DNA of 64,000 bases from Desulfobacterales bacterium (GTDB lineage: Bacteria; Desulfobacterota; Desulfobacteria; Desulfobacterales; UBA5852): NCBI GenBank assembly GCA_963674755.2, contig CAXXVS010000001.1, positions 672,001-736,000 on the forward strand, written 5' to 3'. Position 1 is the first letter of the stretch; each line of letters begins with the position of its first letter. Below, piece after piece: positions 1 to 10,632 of this stretch. The translations under genes and the position numbers were made by a program. Under the pieces are notes generated by a model. The model made no database searches and was not told where the DNA came from. It saw nothing but the letters and a program-made list of their open reading frames with translations.

Positions 1-91
1 TTCAAGCGAAACTCATTGGAAAATCTTGATCTTTCAGAAATGTAGGTTCACACTAATATTCTGCAAACCAAATTTGATCTAAAATAGCGGG

Positions 92-313
92 TCACGCCTC
101 GTTTGACTTGGTGTGACTCGCTATTTGCTTGGCATCGATGGCCAGGCAGTTTCTCACATCCTCTAAGGCTTTTTGAATCCTGGCGTTCTCTTCATCGATT
201 TGCGATTCGTCGACAATATAGAGCTCGGAATCTCGTAAAAGTACATCCTTATAGATAAACGCCTGCCCTTGAGCCCTTCCTGGTGAAACGCCCTTTGCGA
301 TCAGGTTCAACAT
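92..313 (-). pseudogene. N-terminal fragment of a PTS enzyme I / PEP-utilising protein
   Basis: MLNLIAKGVSPGRAQGQAFIY...EENARIQKALE resembles the EI N-terminus (G-x-x-x-SPG-x-A-x-G-x-A); ORF stops after ~73 aa. Confidence 0.55.
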
Positions 314-528
314 TCTTCTTCCTGCATCGATCTTCATTCGCAAAAATCCTGTTTTTTGGCTTTGTAGGGTGTGATCAGGCGATGATGTTATCGTGGCGGG
401 TTTTCGCTTAAACAGGCAAGCAGTGCACAACGCTGCCGGCGATGTATTCAGGCCCTCAGATCAATGGTATACTTTTTAGAAGCATCGCTTTGACCAGGCC
501 TGTGACCGGTTTCAAGCGGACAACAAAA

Positions 529-2010
529 TCATGATTTGACGACGCGCATGCAACTCAGCAAATCACCGACGGCGACGGTTGCAATGCCGGAATTGATATC
601 GGACATGGCGTAGGGAATGACCAAATCGTTGTTATGAATGAGCGCACCGCAGGAATACACGACATTGGGAACATATCCCTCACGCTCTTTCTCATGGGGG
701 GCAAGCAAGGGCTCATCCAAACGCGCAATCATTTTTGCCGGATTCTCAAGATCCAGCAAAATGGCACTGATGCAATACTTGCGCATGGGCCCGACGCCAT
801 GGGTGAGCACGATCCAGCCTTCATTGGTTTCGAGAGGGGATCCACAGTTGCCGATCTGGATGAACTCCCAGGGATATTCAGGCTCCTGGATAATGTGCGA
901 ATTCTGCCAAAAATGGATATTGTCCGAGAACATGATGTGATTGTTTTCGCCGTCCTGACGCGAGAGCATGACATAGCGGCCGCCAATTTTCCGTGGGAAA
1001 AGCGCCATGCCTTTGTTTTGTACGGCTTTACCGTTGAGCGTCAAAATGTTGAATTTGATAAAATCCTTGGTTTCGATGAGTTGCGGCAAGATGGTCTTGC
1101 CGTTATAGGCGGTATAGGTCGCGTAATAGGTGACCTCTTTCCGGTTATCGAAAAATTGAACGAAACGGGCGTCTTCAATGCCTCGGCTTTCGTTTTTCGA
1201 AACGGGAAAGATCACCCGCTCGGATATGCGATGCTCGGGGTGGAAAGCCACCTCATAATTGGAATTGGCAAGCCACCACATCACCTCGAAGGTTCTGTTT
1301 TGGAGCACTTTGGAAAATCGTGGTTTCGCGCGGAGCGTTCCAATTTTTTCCAATAACTGGTTATAGGTAAAATCTTCCGGCAGCTGGTTAAGAATATAGG
1401 CGCTAATCTCATTGGCGGCCCCCATCTCGTTCATTTTGAACTGGAAAGGATTGCGTTTGTATACCGCGTCCAGTTGGAGATCCGGCGTTTCAACAAAATC
1501 GCTGATCGGGTCGAAAATGAACTTGTTATTTTGATTAAGAACGCCGCTGCGAAAAACGATGGACGAAATATGGCCTTCGCCGGTGGCCCGCAGACTCATG
1601 ACAAACCGCAGGTTGCCTTTTTTCAGATGGCGCTGATCAGGATGGGGCACGATGGAGGGGTTGAAAAGGGCGGCTGATTCAATCGAGTACTCCATCGTGA
1701 AATACGCCCCGATAAGTGCTTTTTGGACATCGCTGAGTACGGTCTGCGGCGGCACATAGTCCTTCACCACATTCAGGTGGCGCTCGAAAATATGCCCGAT
1801 GTCCTCGTGCCGGCCGGAAAAGTCATCCATAATTTGGGCCATCAAATTTTCGGCCGCCATGTCCGGCATGCTGAGTACCCGCCGAATTATTTTTTTAATG
1901 CGATGCCGCTCCGCAGGAACATGCAGCCGGGTGATCACCCGTGACGTATCCCCGATGATCTTAATCGCTTTTCTTTTAACGCTCAGCTTTTTCTGTTTTT
2001 TTACCGGCAT
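529..2010 (-). CDS. GH130-family glycoside hydrolase/phosphorylase with N-terminal extension
   Basis: ALFNPS, GIEDARF, YATYTAY, LTHGVG and GYVPNVVYSCG motifs. Confidence 0.88.
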   Translation of the reverse strand: MPVKKQKKLSVKRKAIKIIGDTSRVITRLHVPAERHRIKKIIRRVLSMPDMAAENLMAQIMDDFSGRHEDIGHIFERHLNVVKDYVPPQTVLSDVQKALIGAYFTMEYSIESAALFNPSIVPHPDQRHLKKGNLRFVMSLRATGEGHISSIVFRSGVLNQNNKFIFDPISDFVETPDLQLDAVYKRNPFQFKMNEMGAANEISAYILNQLPEDFTYNQLLEKIGTLRAKPRFSKVLQNRTFEVMWWLANSNYEVAFHPEHRISERVIFPVSKNESRGIEDARFVQFFDNRKEVTYYATYTAYNGKTILPQLIETKDFIKFNILTLNGKAVQNKGMALFPRKIGGRYVMLSRQDGENNHIMFSDNIHFWQNSHIIQEPEYPWEFIQIGNCGSPLETNEGWIVLTHGVGPMRKYCISAILLDLENPAKMIARLDEPLLAPHEKEREGYVPNVVYSCGALIHNNDLVIPYAMSDINSGIATVAVGDLLSCMRVVKS

Positions 2011-2165
2011 ATCAGGGAGGCCTTTATGATGATTGAGATGGTGTGCGCCGCATGGACGGCCGTCTTACGGAACAGACTTTCCGCACCTGATTCGAAAGAC
2101 GGTGCCGACCGCTTCGCCGAGCGACAGACGGATGTTGCCGTCCCTCTTCAGTCGGGAAGGACAAC

Positions 2166-3110
2166 CTACATCGGCGGACGGGTATCGGAAAGGCAAAGCG
2201 CCACCAGGTCATCGATGACGGCCGTTCCGACACACATGACCGTATCCGCCCCCCCCCAGTAGATTTTTACCGTACCGTCTTCTTCGGGAACCGCCCCGCA
2301 GGTAAAGACCACATTGGGCACGTAACCGCTGACCTCCCAGGGATCTTCGGGCTGCAATATCCACTGATCGGAAATGCCGATGATCTTGGCCGGATCCTCG
2401 AGGTCGTGCAGGGCTGCGCCGAGTCGATACACCGCGCCGGACATCGTCTTGAAAACGCCATGGTAGAGATGCAGCCAACCCCGGTCGGTTCTAAAGGGCG
2501 GTGCGCCAGGGCCGATTTTCATTTCATCCCAGTGATAGGCCGCCGGCTTCATGATCACGCGGGACTCTCCCCAGTGGACGAGATCCGGCGAATAGGAAAT
2601 CCAGATGGACCAGGGCGAAATTTCGGAATGCGGCCGGTCCAGGCGGGCATATCGGTCGCCGAACTTTTCAGGGAAAATGACCACGTTGCGCAGGTCAGCC
2701 TGAGTGATCAGCGCGATACGCTCAACGTCCTCAAAATCGCAGGTGCGCGCGAGCGCAATCCGTACGCCGTGACGGGAATAGGCACTATAGGTCAGCAGGT
2801 ACGCGCCTTCGACGGGGCAGATTCTGAGATCCTCGACGCCGAAGGCCTCATATTCGGCAAAAACCGTGTCCGTGGCAGGTGTCAGAAAGGGTTTCGGGTG
2901 AACCGTAAACGCATACCCATCCTCGCTGTCGGCCCGGCCGATGACCGAGCGCCCGTTTAGCAGATGCGCCCTGAAAAGCATGATATAGCGACCCTCGTGT
3001 TTGACGATGCCGGCATTGTGGACCGTCGCAACCGGATACGGCACATCGTCCCGCGTCAGGATGGGATTATTATTACACCTTTTGATGATGGGGGGATGTT
3101 GTATTTTCAT
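2166..3110 (-). CDS. GH130-family glycoside hydrolase/phosphorylase
   Basis: NPIL, VHNAG, GVEDLR, KIGPGAPP, LYHGV and GYVPNVVFTCG motifs. Confidence 0.9.
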   Translation of the reverse strand: MKIQHPPIIKRCNNNPILTRDDVPYPVATVHNAGIVKHEGRYIMLFRAHLLNGRSVIGRADSEDGYAFTVHPKPFLTPATDTVFAEYEAFGVEDLRICPVEGAYLLTYSAYSRHGVRIALARTCDFEDVERIALITQADLRNVVIFPEKFGDRYARLDRPHSEISPWSIWISYSPDLVHWGESRVIMKPAAYHWDEMKIGPGAPPFRTDRGWLHLYHGVFKTMSGAVYRLGAALHDLEDPAKIIGISDQWILQPEDPWEVSGYVPNVVFTCGAVPEEDGTVKIYWGGADTVMCVGTAVIDDLVALCLSDTRPPM

Positions 3111-4222
3111 GAAGCGCTTTCCGGTAAGTGCGTTTGGGGGGTGATGGGGGACCGGAGCCCGTCATCGGGCTCGGATCTCCCGAGACAAATCGGTGAATTT
3201 TTAGCGTCAAGTATCATTTCGTAGACCTGTATGTAGTCCTGGCTCATGCGTTCGACCGTGAAATGTTGCTCAACATGGCGGCGACAGTCGACGCGATCGA
3301 TCTCAGGAAGGCGTGCGACCGCATCGATGGCCTCGTCCACGGTATCGACTAAAAATCCATTATGACCGTTTTTGATCAGTTCGGGCATGCTGCCCCGATC
3401 AAAAGCGATCGCGGGCGTGCCGCAGGCCATGGCTTCGATCACCGAAAGACCGAAAGGTTCATCAAACTGTATGGGGTGTAGGAGCGCGCAGGCTTTGCCG
3501 AGCAGCCGATTGCGCGCCGCCGGTGCGACGCTGCCGACATAGGTGACCGTGTCGTCGTCGATGTGAGGCACGACATAGCGGTCAAAGTATGCCTGATCCT
3601 GGATAATCCCGGCCAATATCAGCTTTTTGCGGCAGGCCTTGGCGATTTCAATCGCCTGTCGAGCGCCCTTGTCATTGTGAATGCGGCCGAAAAATAGCAG
3701 GGTGTCGTCCGGCACCGGTTGAAAATCAAACTGCCGGATATCGATACCGTGATGGATGGTCTTGATATAATCAAGATCCGACGATCGATCGGCGTCGCTG
3801 ATGGAAACATAGAATGCGGTGTCGTTGTATTTCTTGTAAACCGGCAGAATCCCGGGCGATGAAAAGCCGTGAATGGTGGTCACAACCGGAGCGGTGGTCA
3901 GGCCGGTATACGTCAATGGCAGATAGTCAAAGTGGTTATGGATGATGTCATACCCATCGCCCTGCTCGAAGAGTTCCGCAATGTGCAGGCACTCCCATAC
4001 TTTCGGTATGAGGGAGCGGTCTTCTTCATACCCCCGCGGGCAAACGGCATGCAGGCTGGCGCTGGTCTGCGAATCGGCGGTTGCAAACAGGGTCACGTCA
4101 TGGCCGCGCGCGACCAACCCCTCGGTCAAAAGGGAGGTCACACTCTCCCAGGGACCATAGTGGCGGGGTGGCGTTCGCCAGGCGATGGGGGCCAGCATGG
4201 CAATATGCATCGGAGGACCCAT
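3107..4222 (-). CDS. GT4-family glycosyltransferase
   Basis: PPRHYG, GRIHNDKG and EPFGLSVIEAMACGTP motifs. Confidence 0.9.
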   Translation of the reverse strand: MGPPMHIAMLAPIAWRTPPRHYGPWESVTSLLTEGLVARGHDVTLFATADSQTSASLHAVCPRGYEEDRSLIPKVWECLHIAELFEQGDGYDIIHNHFDYLPLTYTGLTTAPVVTTIHGFSSPGILPVYKKYNDTAFYVSISDADRSSDLDYIKTIHHGIDIRQFDFQPVPDDTLLFFGRIHNDKGARQAIEIAKACRKKLILAGIIQDQAYFDRYVVPHIDDDTVTYVGSVAPAARNRLLGKACALLHPIQFDEPFGLSVIEAMACGTPAIAFDRGSMPELIKNGHNGFLVDTVDEAIDAVARLPEIDRVDCRRHVEQHFTVERMSQDYIQVYEMILDAKNSPICLGRSEPDDGLRSPITPQTHLPESAS

Positions 4223-4223
4223 T

Positions 4224-6530
4224 TTAGTTGGTTCTTTGTGAGGACGGTTGAATTAAAATTTCATCGGCATAGAGCTTTTGCAGCGCCATCAGCGACAGCA
4301 GCCAGGCCAGGGAGGACTCGGCGCCTTGATTCTGGTTGATGCCGTCCGCCATCAACCCGTCCCGGCATCCGCCGGTTTTGGCATCATAGAGCGGCATATT
4401 CAGATCGTTTTGTCCGAGAAACCAGTTAAAGCACATGGCCGCATTCTCAAACCAGGTGTGCTCACGGGTAAGGTTAAACGCTTCGACACAGGCTTCCACC
4501 ATAGCATTGGCTTCGACGGGCTGCTGGTCGAAGCGGGCTCTGGGGCCGCCTTGCACATACCATCCGTTGCTGCCGATGGGCACAAAGTGTTTGTCTTCGG
4601 TTTGGATGACGAGCAGCCACTTGAGGGCCGTGAGCCCCATATCGATCATGTCGCTGCGCTGCATCCCCTGGCCGGAAAGCAGAAGCGCATGGGGCAGTTT
4701 GCCGTTGGCATAGTTCAGGGTCTTCTCCAGCCATGGCCAATCACCTTTGGCCTGGCTTGCGAATTGATCGAAAAGCCGATCGGCCAGCACTTTCCGGATG
4801 CGGCGGACCTCACTGTCGCCGGAGAATTTATCCAGGTAGGCGTGCATGCCCACAAGGCAGAAAGCGATGGCACGGGGCGAATGGAAACTCTCAGCAGCAG
4901 GCAGGGCCTGGTTGAAAAGCGTCGTACTCATGGCAAGGTGCCCGGGGTTGTCGAGGAAAGCAACGGCTTTACCAAGGCACCAAAGTGCCCTGCCATGCGC
5001 ATCCTCGGACCCGATCTCCTCCATCCACTGCCGGGAGTAGGTCATGAAATTGCGGAAACGCCCCTTCTTTTCATTATAGGCATACAGAAGAAATCCGAGA
5101 TAATGACTGCTGAGGGCATCAAGGCCCCAGCCGTTGGTCGGCAGATAGCGTTGCCCCATGGCGGCCGCCAGCAGCGCGCGGGCATTGTCATCGGTGCAGT
5201 AGCCATGGGTGCGATCGGGGATGGTGTAGTTGGCATGCTGCAAGATGCCGGTATCGTCGGTGAAGGCTTTCAGGTGATCCAGTTTGATCTCGGGGAGCTC
5301 GAACTCCGTGATGGCCTTGATGCTTTCGACGTAGGAATGTCGGGGCCGCGGGTTTCGGGTACGGGTTTGGCGCACTTCACTGAAAAGGCGCAGATATTTC
5401 CGGGATACTTCATTCCAGACGGCATCACGGCTGAACAGATAGGCTTTTTTGCGCATAGCGTGGCGTTCGACATCGTTTTCCAGAAGATCGATGATTTGCG
5501 CGGCCATGGCGTCGGGATTGCAGAAGGGCACAATCCGGCCCCGGTCTTCGGCCAACATCTCGGTGGCGTACCAGTAAGGCGTCGAAATGACGGCCTTGCC
5601 GGTGCCCATGGCATAGGCCAGGGTTCCGGAAGTAATCTGGGCCTCGTCAGGGTAAGGGGTCAAATAGATGTCGGCAATGCCGAGGAATTCACATAACTCC
5701 TGGAGTTCAACAAAACGATTTTGAAAAATGACATGCGCGCCGATATCGAGCCGGCGTACAAGTTGTTGCAGCATGATGCGGTAGGCGTCCCCATGCTCCT
5801 TGAGAACATGCGGGTGGGTGGCCCCCAGGATGATATAGACCACATCAGGGTGTTTTTTGAGGACCGCCGGCAGCGCCTGCAGCACGTTTTCAATGCCCTT
5901 GTTGGCGGAAAGCAAACCGAAGGTCAGGAGCACTTTTTTGCCTTCCACGCCGAACTTGTCTTTGTTGAAGCTGGGATCGATAAACGGTGCATCGGGAATG
6001 CCATGGTGGATAAAGGCGATCTTGTCCTGGGGTACGGCATAGATATCTTTCAGGAATTCAGATGCCTTGCGGCTCATGACCACCAGCTTGTCGGACAATT
6101 CGGATAGCCGGCACATGACGTGGCGGTATTCCGGCGCGGGGTCCTTCAAGACCGTGTGGAGGGTCGTCACCACCGGCATTCGCAGATCCGCCAGTAATTT
6201 CAGCAGATGGCTGCCGGCCGGACCGCCGAAGAGGCCGAATTCGTGTTGCACGCAGACAATATCCGTCTGGCTGATATTGAGAAACTGAGACGCGGTTCTG
6301 TAGTCGCTCAATTTATTCTGGTGGATCTCAAAGCGCACCCTTTCGGGATAGGGATACCCCTCGGGCCTGTCGTTCATGGCAACCGTCCAGCAGTTCATAT
6401 CAGGTGCTTCTGCAGACAACCCTTCCACCAGGTCCGTGGTGAAAGTTGCGATACCGCATTGCCTGGGAAGATAGTTGCCGATCACGGCCACCGATTTTAT
6501 GCCATCGTGATGTTTACCGGCCGATGTCAT
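4224..6530 (-). CDS. GT4 glycosyltransferase fused to a C-terminal (alpha/alpha)-barrel glycosidase-like domain
   Basis: PRQCGIATFT, QHEFGLFGG, QITSGTLAYA; C-terminal GYCTDDNARAL, FDQQPVEA, NQNQGAES. Confidence 0.88.
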   Translation of the reverse strand: MTSAGKHHDGIKSVAVIGNYLPRQCGIATFTTDLVEGLSAEAPDMNCWTVAMNDRPEGYPYPERVRFEIHQNKLSDYRTASQFLNISQTDIVCVQHEFGLFGGPAGSHLLKLLADLRMPVVTTLHTVLKDPAPEYRHVMCRLSELSDKLVVMSRKASEFLKDIYAVPQDKIAFIHHGIPDAPFIDPSFNKDKFGVEGKKVLLTFGLLSANKGIENVLQALPAVLKKHPDVVYIILGATHPHVLKEHGDAYRIMLQQLVRRLDIGAHVIFQNRFVELQELCEFLGIADIYLTPYPDEAQITSGTLAYAMGTGKAVISTPYWYATEMLAEDRGRIVPFCNPDAMAAQIIDLLENDVERHAMRKKAYLFSRDAVWNEVSRKYLRLFSEVRQTRTRNPRPRHSYVESIKAITEFELPEIKLDHLKAFTDDTGILQHANYTIPDRTHGYCTDDNARALLAAAMGQRYLPTNGWGLDALSSHYLGFLLYAYNEKKGRFRNFMTYSRQWMEEIGSEDAHGRALWCLGKAVAFLDNPGHLAMSTTLFNQALPAAESFHSPRAIAFCLVGMHAYLDKFSGDSEVRRIRKVLADRLFDQFASQAKGDWPWLEKTLNYANGKLPHALLLSGQGMQRSDMIDMGLTALKWLLVIQTEDKHFVPIGSNGWYVQGGPRARFDQQPVEANAMVEACVEAFNLTREHTWFENAAMCFNWFLGQNDLNMPLYDAKTGGCRDGLMADGINQNQGAESSLAWLLSLMALQKLYADEILIQPSSQRTN

Positions 6531-6798
6531 GACGCGTGCCTTTTTTGCATGACGAAAGTTCTATCAATTAAATGAACATGGGTGCACATCGGTCATGGCA
6601 ATCCATGCAGGGTATCGCCACTCCCGGTCCAGCCATAAGCCGACGTCGTACCGCCATCTATTTTTACTCTTGCCAGACTGATTTTGTTTTATCCTTTTTT
6701 TGTTTTCTTTTTTCCTTCAGGCTACGCAGACCGGCTTTATGGTCTTCGCGCTTCCCTTTGTCCTTTTTGCCCTTGTCGCCCATTTTAGCCCCTTTACG

Positions 6799-7092
6799 TT
6801 AGGTAAGTTTATGCGTCATTTCCCGCATGGCTTTCACAATGTCCTCTATCGCCGCGTGCATACCCTCGGCGCTGTCCGTGATAGCGGGCTCTTTTTTTCG
6901 CTTGCCCTTAACTTGGGCCGAGGCTTTAATCTTTTCCAGTTTTTCGACATGTTTTCTAAAGAGCAGCTGATGATCGTCCTTCATGTATTGCAGGGCATCG
7001 GCATTGATCTGGCGTATGAGTTCCTCGGCCTCGGCCAATAATTCAGCGGTTTTCTTATGTTCCAAGTTCGTTTGCATAGCATCTCCTTTCAT
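6799..7092 (-). CDS. hypothetical helical protein
   Basis: ORF coupled to the upstream SPFH gene; AGGAG precedes an internal ATG. Confidence 0.6.
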   Translation of the reverse strand: MKGDAMQTNLEHKKTAELLAEAEELIRQINADALQYMKDDHQLLFRKHVEKLEKIKASAQVKGKRKKEPAITDSAEGMHAAIEDIVKAMREMTHKLT

Positions 7093-8153
7093 GGCGCCTG
7101 CGATGGGCCATCTTGTGACCGATCTCCTGGTCCGTCGGACAAAGATTTCACGCCCAAGGTTTCGATCAGCCGGTTGATGTCGGTGGTCTTGAGATTCATG
7201 CCGCCCTCGGACACCGGCAGCAATACGATACGTTTACCCTGAAGCGCCTCGGCGATCCGGAGTTTCACGATGGCCTCGCCGCCCGAGCCGGCCAGGGCGT
7301 TGTTCATCTCCTGGATGCCTTTGGCTTCCGCAATGCCTTCGGCCTGGATCGCCCTGGCCAATAGCTGCTGCTGCTCCTGGTAGACATCCGCCTCGATTTT
7401 CGCTTTTTGGTACTGGCCGTCGGCATCGGCCACCAGCTTATTGACTTCCCCCCGGGCCTCTTCCAGTTTGCGCTTGTATTCCTCTTTGGCCGCATGTTGG
7501 GCCGACTTGTTTTTTTCCACCTGCTGATCGGCCACTTTCTTGTCCTCGATGGCCTTGGTATATTCGGGGTTGAAGCGGTAGTCGTTGGTCAGCACCTTTT
7601 CCACCACGATACCCATGGGCCCCAGAATTTGCTGAAGCGCATCTTTGGCTTTATTGGATTGAGTTTCGCGATCTTCGGCCACGTAGAAGGCCTCGGTCTT
7701 GAGTTCGCCAAAGATATCCCGCGGTTTACTCCGGGCGACCGTCCGGACAATGGTGTCCCGCAACGTCTCGTCATTCCGTGCTACGTATTGGAGGATATAG
7801 GGCGCTTTCTTGGCATCGATACGATAGGCGATGATCACGTCCAGGCTGATATCGTTGCCGTCGATGGTTTTAAACACAAGATCGTCCTGGCTTCTGCGGT
7901 CGCCTCTGATTTTTGAGAAGGTCATTTCCAGGTTCTGCAACTTGGTGTCGAAAACATGCCAGTCGTTGATAAACGGCAAAAAGAAATAGGTGGCCCCCTG
8001 GGGATAAACCCGGTCTTCCACCCCCTTGGGGGCAAAAATGCCGATTTTGCGGGTCCGCACCCCCACCTCGGTTTCCCCCGTGGAATGGAGAACACAACCG
8101 GCCGTCGTGAAAAGGAAAAAGGCGGCGAATAGTGATGTAACGATATGTTTCAT
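7089..8153 (-). CDS. SPFH/band-7 (prohibitin-like) protein, probable lipoprotein
   Basis: N-terminal TAGC lipobox-like signal; SPFH core and coiled-coil tail. Confidence 0.85.
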   Translation of the reverse strand: MKHIVTSLFAAFFLFTTAGCVLHSTGETEVGVRTRKIGIFAPKGVEDRVYPQGATYFFLPFINDWHVFDTKLQNLEMTFSKIRGDRRSQDDLVFKTIDGNDISLDVIIAYRIDAKKAPYILQYVARNDETLRDTIVRTVARSKPRDIFGELKTEAFYVAEDRETQSNKAKDALQQILGPMGIVVEKVLTNDYRFNPEYTKAIEDKKVADQQVEKNKSAQHAAKEEYKRKLEEARGEVNKLVADADGQYQKAKIEADVYQEQQQLLARAIQAEGIAEAKGIQEMNNALAGSGGEAIVKLRIAEALQGKRIVLLPVSEGGMNLKTTDINRLIETLGVKSLSDGPGDRSQDGPSQAP

Positions 8154-9238
8154 TGGTCATTTCCTTTGCGGACGTCGAACAGTTGCAGGGTGTTGTTCAG
8201 ATCCAAGGGGTTGACCCCATGCGGACCGTCGCTGGGCAGAATGATCATATCGAGTCCCTTGTAGGCATCGGCCATTTTCAATCCCACCATGCGCTCGGAG
8301 CCGATCCCTTTCAAAGATTCATTTTTAAGGCGCACCCGTTCCGCTTCGGCCAGCTTCACCAGCAGATCGGCTTCGGCTTTTATCTTGCGGACATACAGGT
8401 CTTTCTCGGCAATTTTGCGGGTGACGTAGGCTTTGCCCTTTTCCATCTCCACGGCGGCGATGACCATTCCTTCCTGGACGATCTTCTTCAACTCGGCCTC
8501 TTCCTTGGCGGCCCGGGCGGCCGCCTGGTTGGTAAAGACCATCTGGTCCTGGAGTTTTTTCTCTTCGATGTTCTTCTGGATCTCAGGGCTGTATTTGAAA
8601 TAGCGCACCAGGACTTGGTCGACTTCGATGCCTTTGAGGTTGAGTTCACGGTTCAGTTGGTCTTTGGCCTCTTGCGCCTTTTTCACCCGCATGGGGCTGT
8701 TGTAGAACTCTTCCGTCGTCAGCTTCCCCAGGGTTTCCTTCAGGGCCGGTTCGGCCTTGGGAATAATACCGTTGTCCTCAAAGAGGGTACCCGGACCGAT
8801 GGTGGTGAACACCAGGTAGGGATCTTTGATGTGGTACAGCATGGAGACGTCCACATCCACGAAAAAGCCGTCCGAGGTTTGAATATGGGCGGCCCGATCC
8901 TTTCTGGCTTCACTCGCGGCCGTATCGGGGAAATTGGTCAATTCCAGCACCTGAATCCCCTTCGGCAGGCGATACATCTGCTGAAACCCAAAGGGCAGCA
9001 CAAAGGACAAGCCGGCATGGTAGATTTCTTTTTGAACGCCCCGGTTTAACCCCAATCGAACCACCTTGATCCCATATTCGTCCGGCTGCACATAGACAAA
9101 AAACAGATTATAGCTGATGACGAGCAGCAAAACCCCGACAAACACGATTTTCAAGCCAACCGTCAGTCTAACCGTTCCCATTTTTTGTTTTATCGTGTGA
9201 ATGTGGGACAGTATCTTTTCCAACTGGTCTTTGGTCAT
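8150..9238 (-). CDS. SPFH/band-7 membrane protein
   Basis: TM helix followed by VQPDEYG...TSDGFFVDVDVS; start placed at the RBS-preceded ATG (MTKDQ). Confidence 0.85.
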   Translation of the reverse strand: MTKDQLEKILSHIHTIKQKMGTVRLTVGLKIVFVGVLLLVISYNLFFVYVQPDEYGIKVVRLGLNRGVQKEIYHAGLSFVLPFGFQQMYRLPKGIQVLELTNFPDTAASEARKDRAAHIQTSDGFFVDVDVSMLYHIKDPYLVFTTIGPGTLFEDNGIIPKAEPALKETLGKLTTEEFYNSPMRVKKAQEAKDQLNRELNLKGIEVDQVLVRYFKYSPEIQKNIEEKKLQDQMVFTNQAAARAAKEEAELKKIVQEGMVIAAVEMEKGKAYVTRKIAEKDLYVRKIKAEADLLVKLAEAERVRLKNESLKGIGSERMVGLKMADAYKGLDMIILPSDGPHGVNPLDLNNTLQLFDVRKGNDQ

Positions 9239-9362
9239 TTGAGCTCCCCTCCAAATAGGGCTCCGAAACGTTTTGGCGAGTTGACGCGCTGACGATTGTT
9301 TCAAATGAAGATAAGGCCATCAGGTTTTTCCGTATGACAACGGTTGCCAGAAATATCTTCAC

Positions 9363-10604
9363 TCAACCGCTTGCATTTTTTTGTGCGTTGGTTGCCGTCA
9401 AAGGCGAATGTAATGTGACTTTCTCTTCTGATTTGATCGTGGGGAAGTAGACGCGAACCTCTGTCCCTTGTCCAATCTGCGATCTCACGAAAATGTAGCC
9501 GCCGTGATTTTTCACGATGCCGTATACCGCTGCCATACCGAGCCCGCGTCCATGAAAATGGCTCGTAAAAAACGGCTCAAACACCCTTTTTTGCGTTTCT
9601 GTATCCATTCCCTTGCCGTTATCCCTTATGATCAAACTGACGTAGCGGGAGGGTAACATTTCGGTAAACGGCTTGACGCTTTCATCGGTCAAGACAACGA
9701 TGCGGCAAACGATCTGTATGATCCCCTGGTTCTCGATGGCTTCCGAGGCATTGGCCAAAATGGCAAGCAAGGCCGTTTGAATTTGCGCCCGGTCGGCCTG
9801 CACGGGGGGCAAACCGGAGGGCAAATCGGTTTCGATGGCAATGGACGGCTTCAGAACCGACGCGAACAGGGGTTGGCTGTCCCTTACCAAATCACTCAGC
9901 GTCATGGTTTCAACGTGATATTTACCGCCGTTGGCATAGGCCAACAGATCGCGGGTCAACTTGATCATGCGTTCGGCGGCATTCTTAATGTGCCGGAGAT
10001 TCTCACCCGTATCCATGGATAGGGTGTCTTTATCGATCATGCTCAAGGCGCCTGCGATAACGGTGAGCGCATTGTTGAACTGATGGGCAATGCCCCCCGC
10101 CAATTTTTCAATGGCCGCCGTTTCCTGCGCCGCCTGAATCCGGGATTCAAGCCTGAGCCGCGCTCTTTCCGTCTGCTTGTGTTGCGAATTGTCGCGGATG
10201 TTGCACTGGATCGTTCGCTGCCGGCCCACCAGATAGACGTTGCTGATGAACTCCACCTCGATGCTGCGTCCGTCCCGTGTTTCCAACGGTAAATGTTCGT
10301 AGCGAATGTACCCGTCACGGAGCAAATCCTTGAATGCCGATCGGTTGGCGCGGATATCCTTGAAAGGGCCGAAGCGCCAGAGGGCCTTGCCGATAAAGTC
10401 CGAACGCTGATAGCCCAGCATACTGACTAAGAACGGGTTGACGTCGATGATACGCCCGCTGTTGGCATCGATGATCAAAATGCCGTCCTGGGCTGTTTCA
10501 AACAGTCGCCGGTAGCGCGCTTCGGAATCTCTCAGGGACACCTTCAACGGGCTCGCAGGTGGTTTGCTGTTACCATTCGCCAAAAGCGCTTTAAATAGTT
10601 CCAT
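9363..10604 (-). CDS. PAS sensor histidine kinase
   Basis: PAS domain; H-box GIAHQFNN, NASEA, DNGKGM, FEPFFT, GRGLGM. Confidence 0.9.
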   Translation of the reverse strand: MELFKALLANGNSKPPASPLKVSLRDSEARYRRLFETAQDGILIIDANSGRIIDVNPFLVSMLGYQRSDFIGKALWRFGPFKDIRANRSAFKDLLRDGYIRYEHLPLETRDGRSIEVEFISNVYLVGRQRTIQCNIRDNSQHKQTERARLRLESRIQAAQETAAIEKLAGGIAHQFNNALTVIAGALSMIDKDTLSMDTGENLRHIKNAAERMIKLTRDLLAYANGGKYHVETMTLSDLVRDSQPLFASVLKPSIAIETDLPSGLPPVQADRAQIQTALLAILANASEAIENQGIIQIVCRIVVLTDESVKPFTEMLPSRYVSLIIRDNGKGMDTETQKRVFEPFFTSHFHGRGLGMAAVYGIVKNHGGYIFVRSQIGQGTEVRVYFPTIKSEEKVTLHSPLTATNAQKNASG

Positions 10605-10632
10605 TTGATGTCCTAGCGTAAAGCTGATTTCC

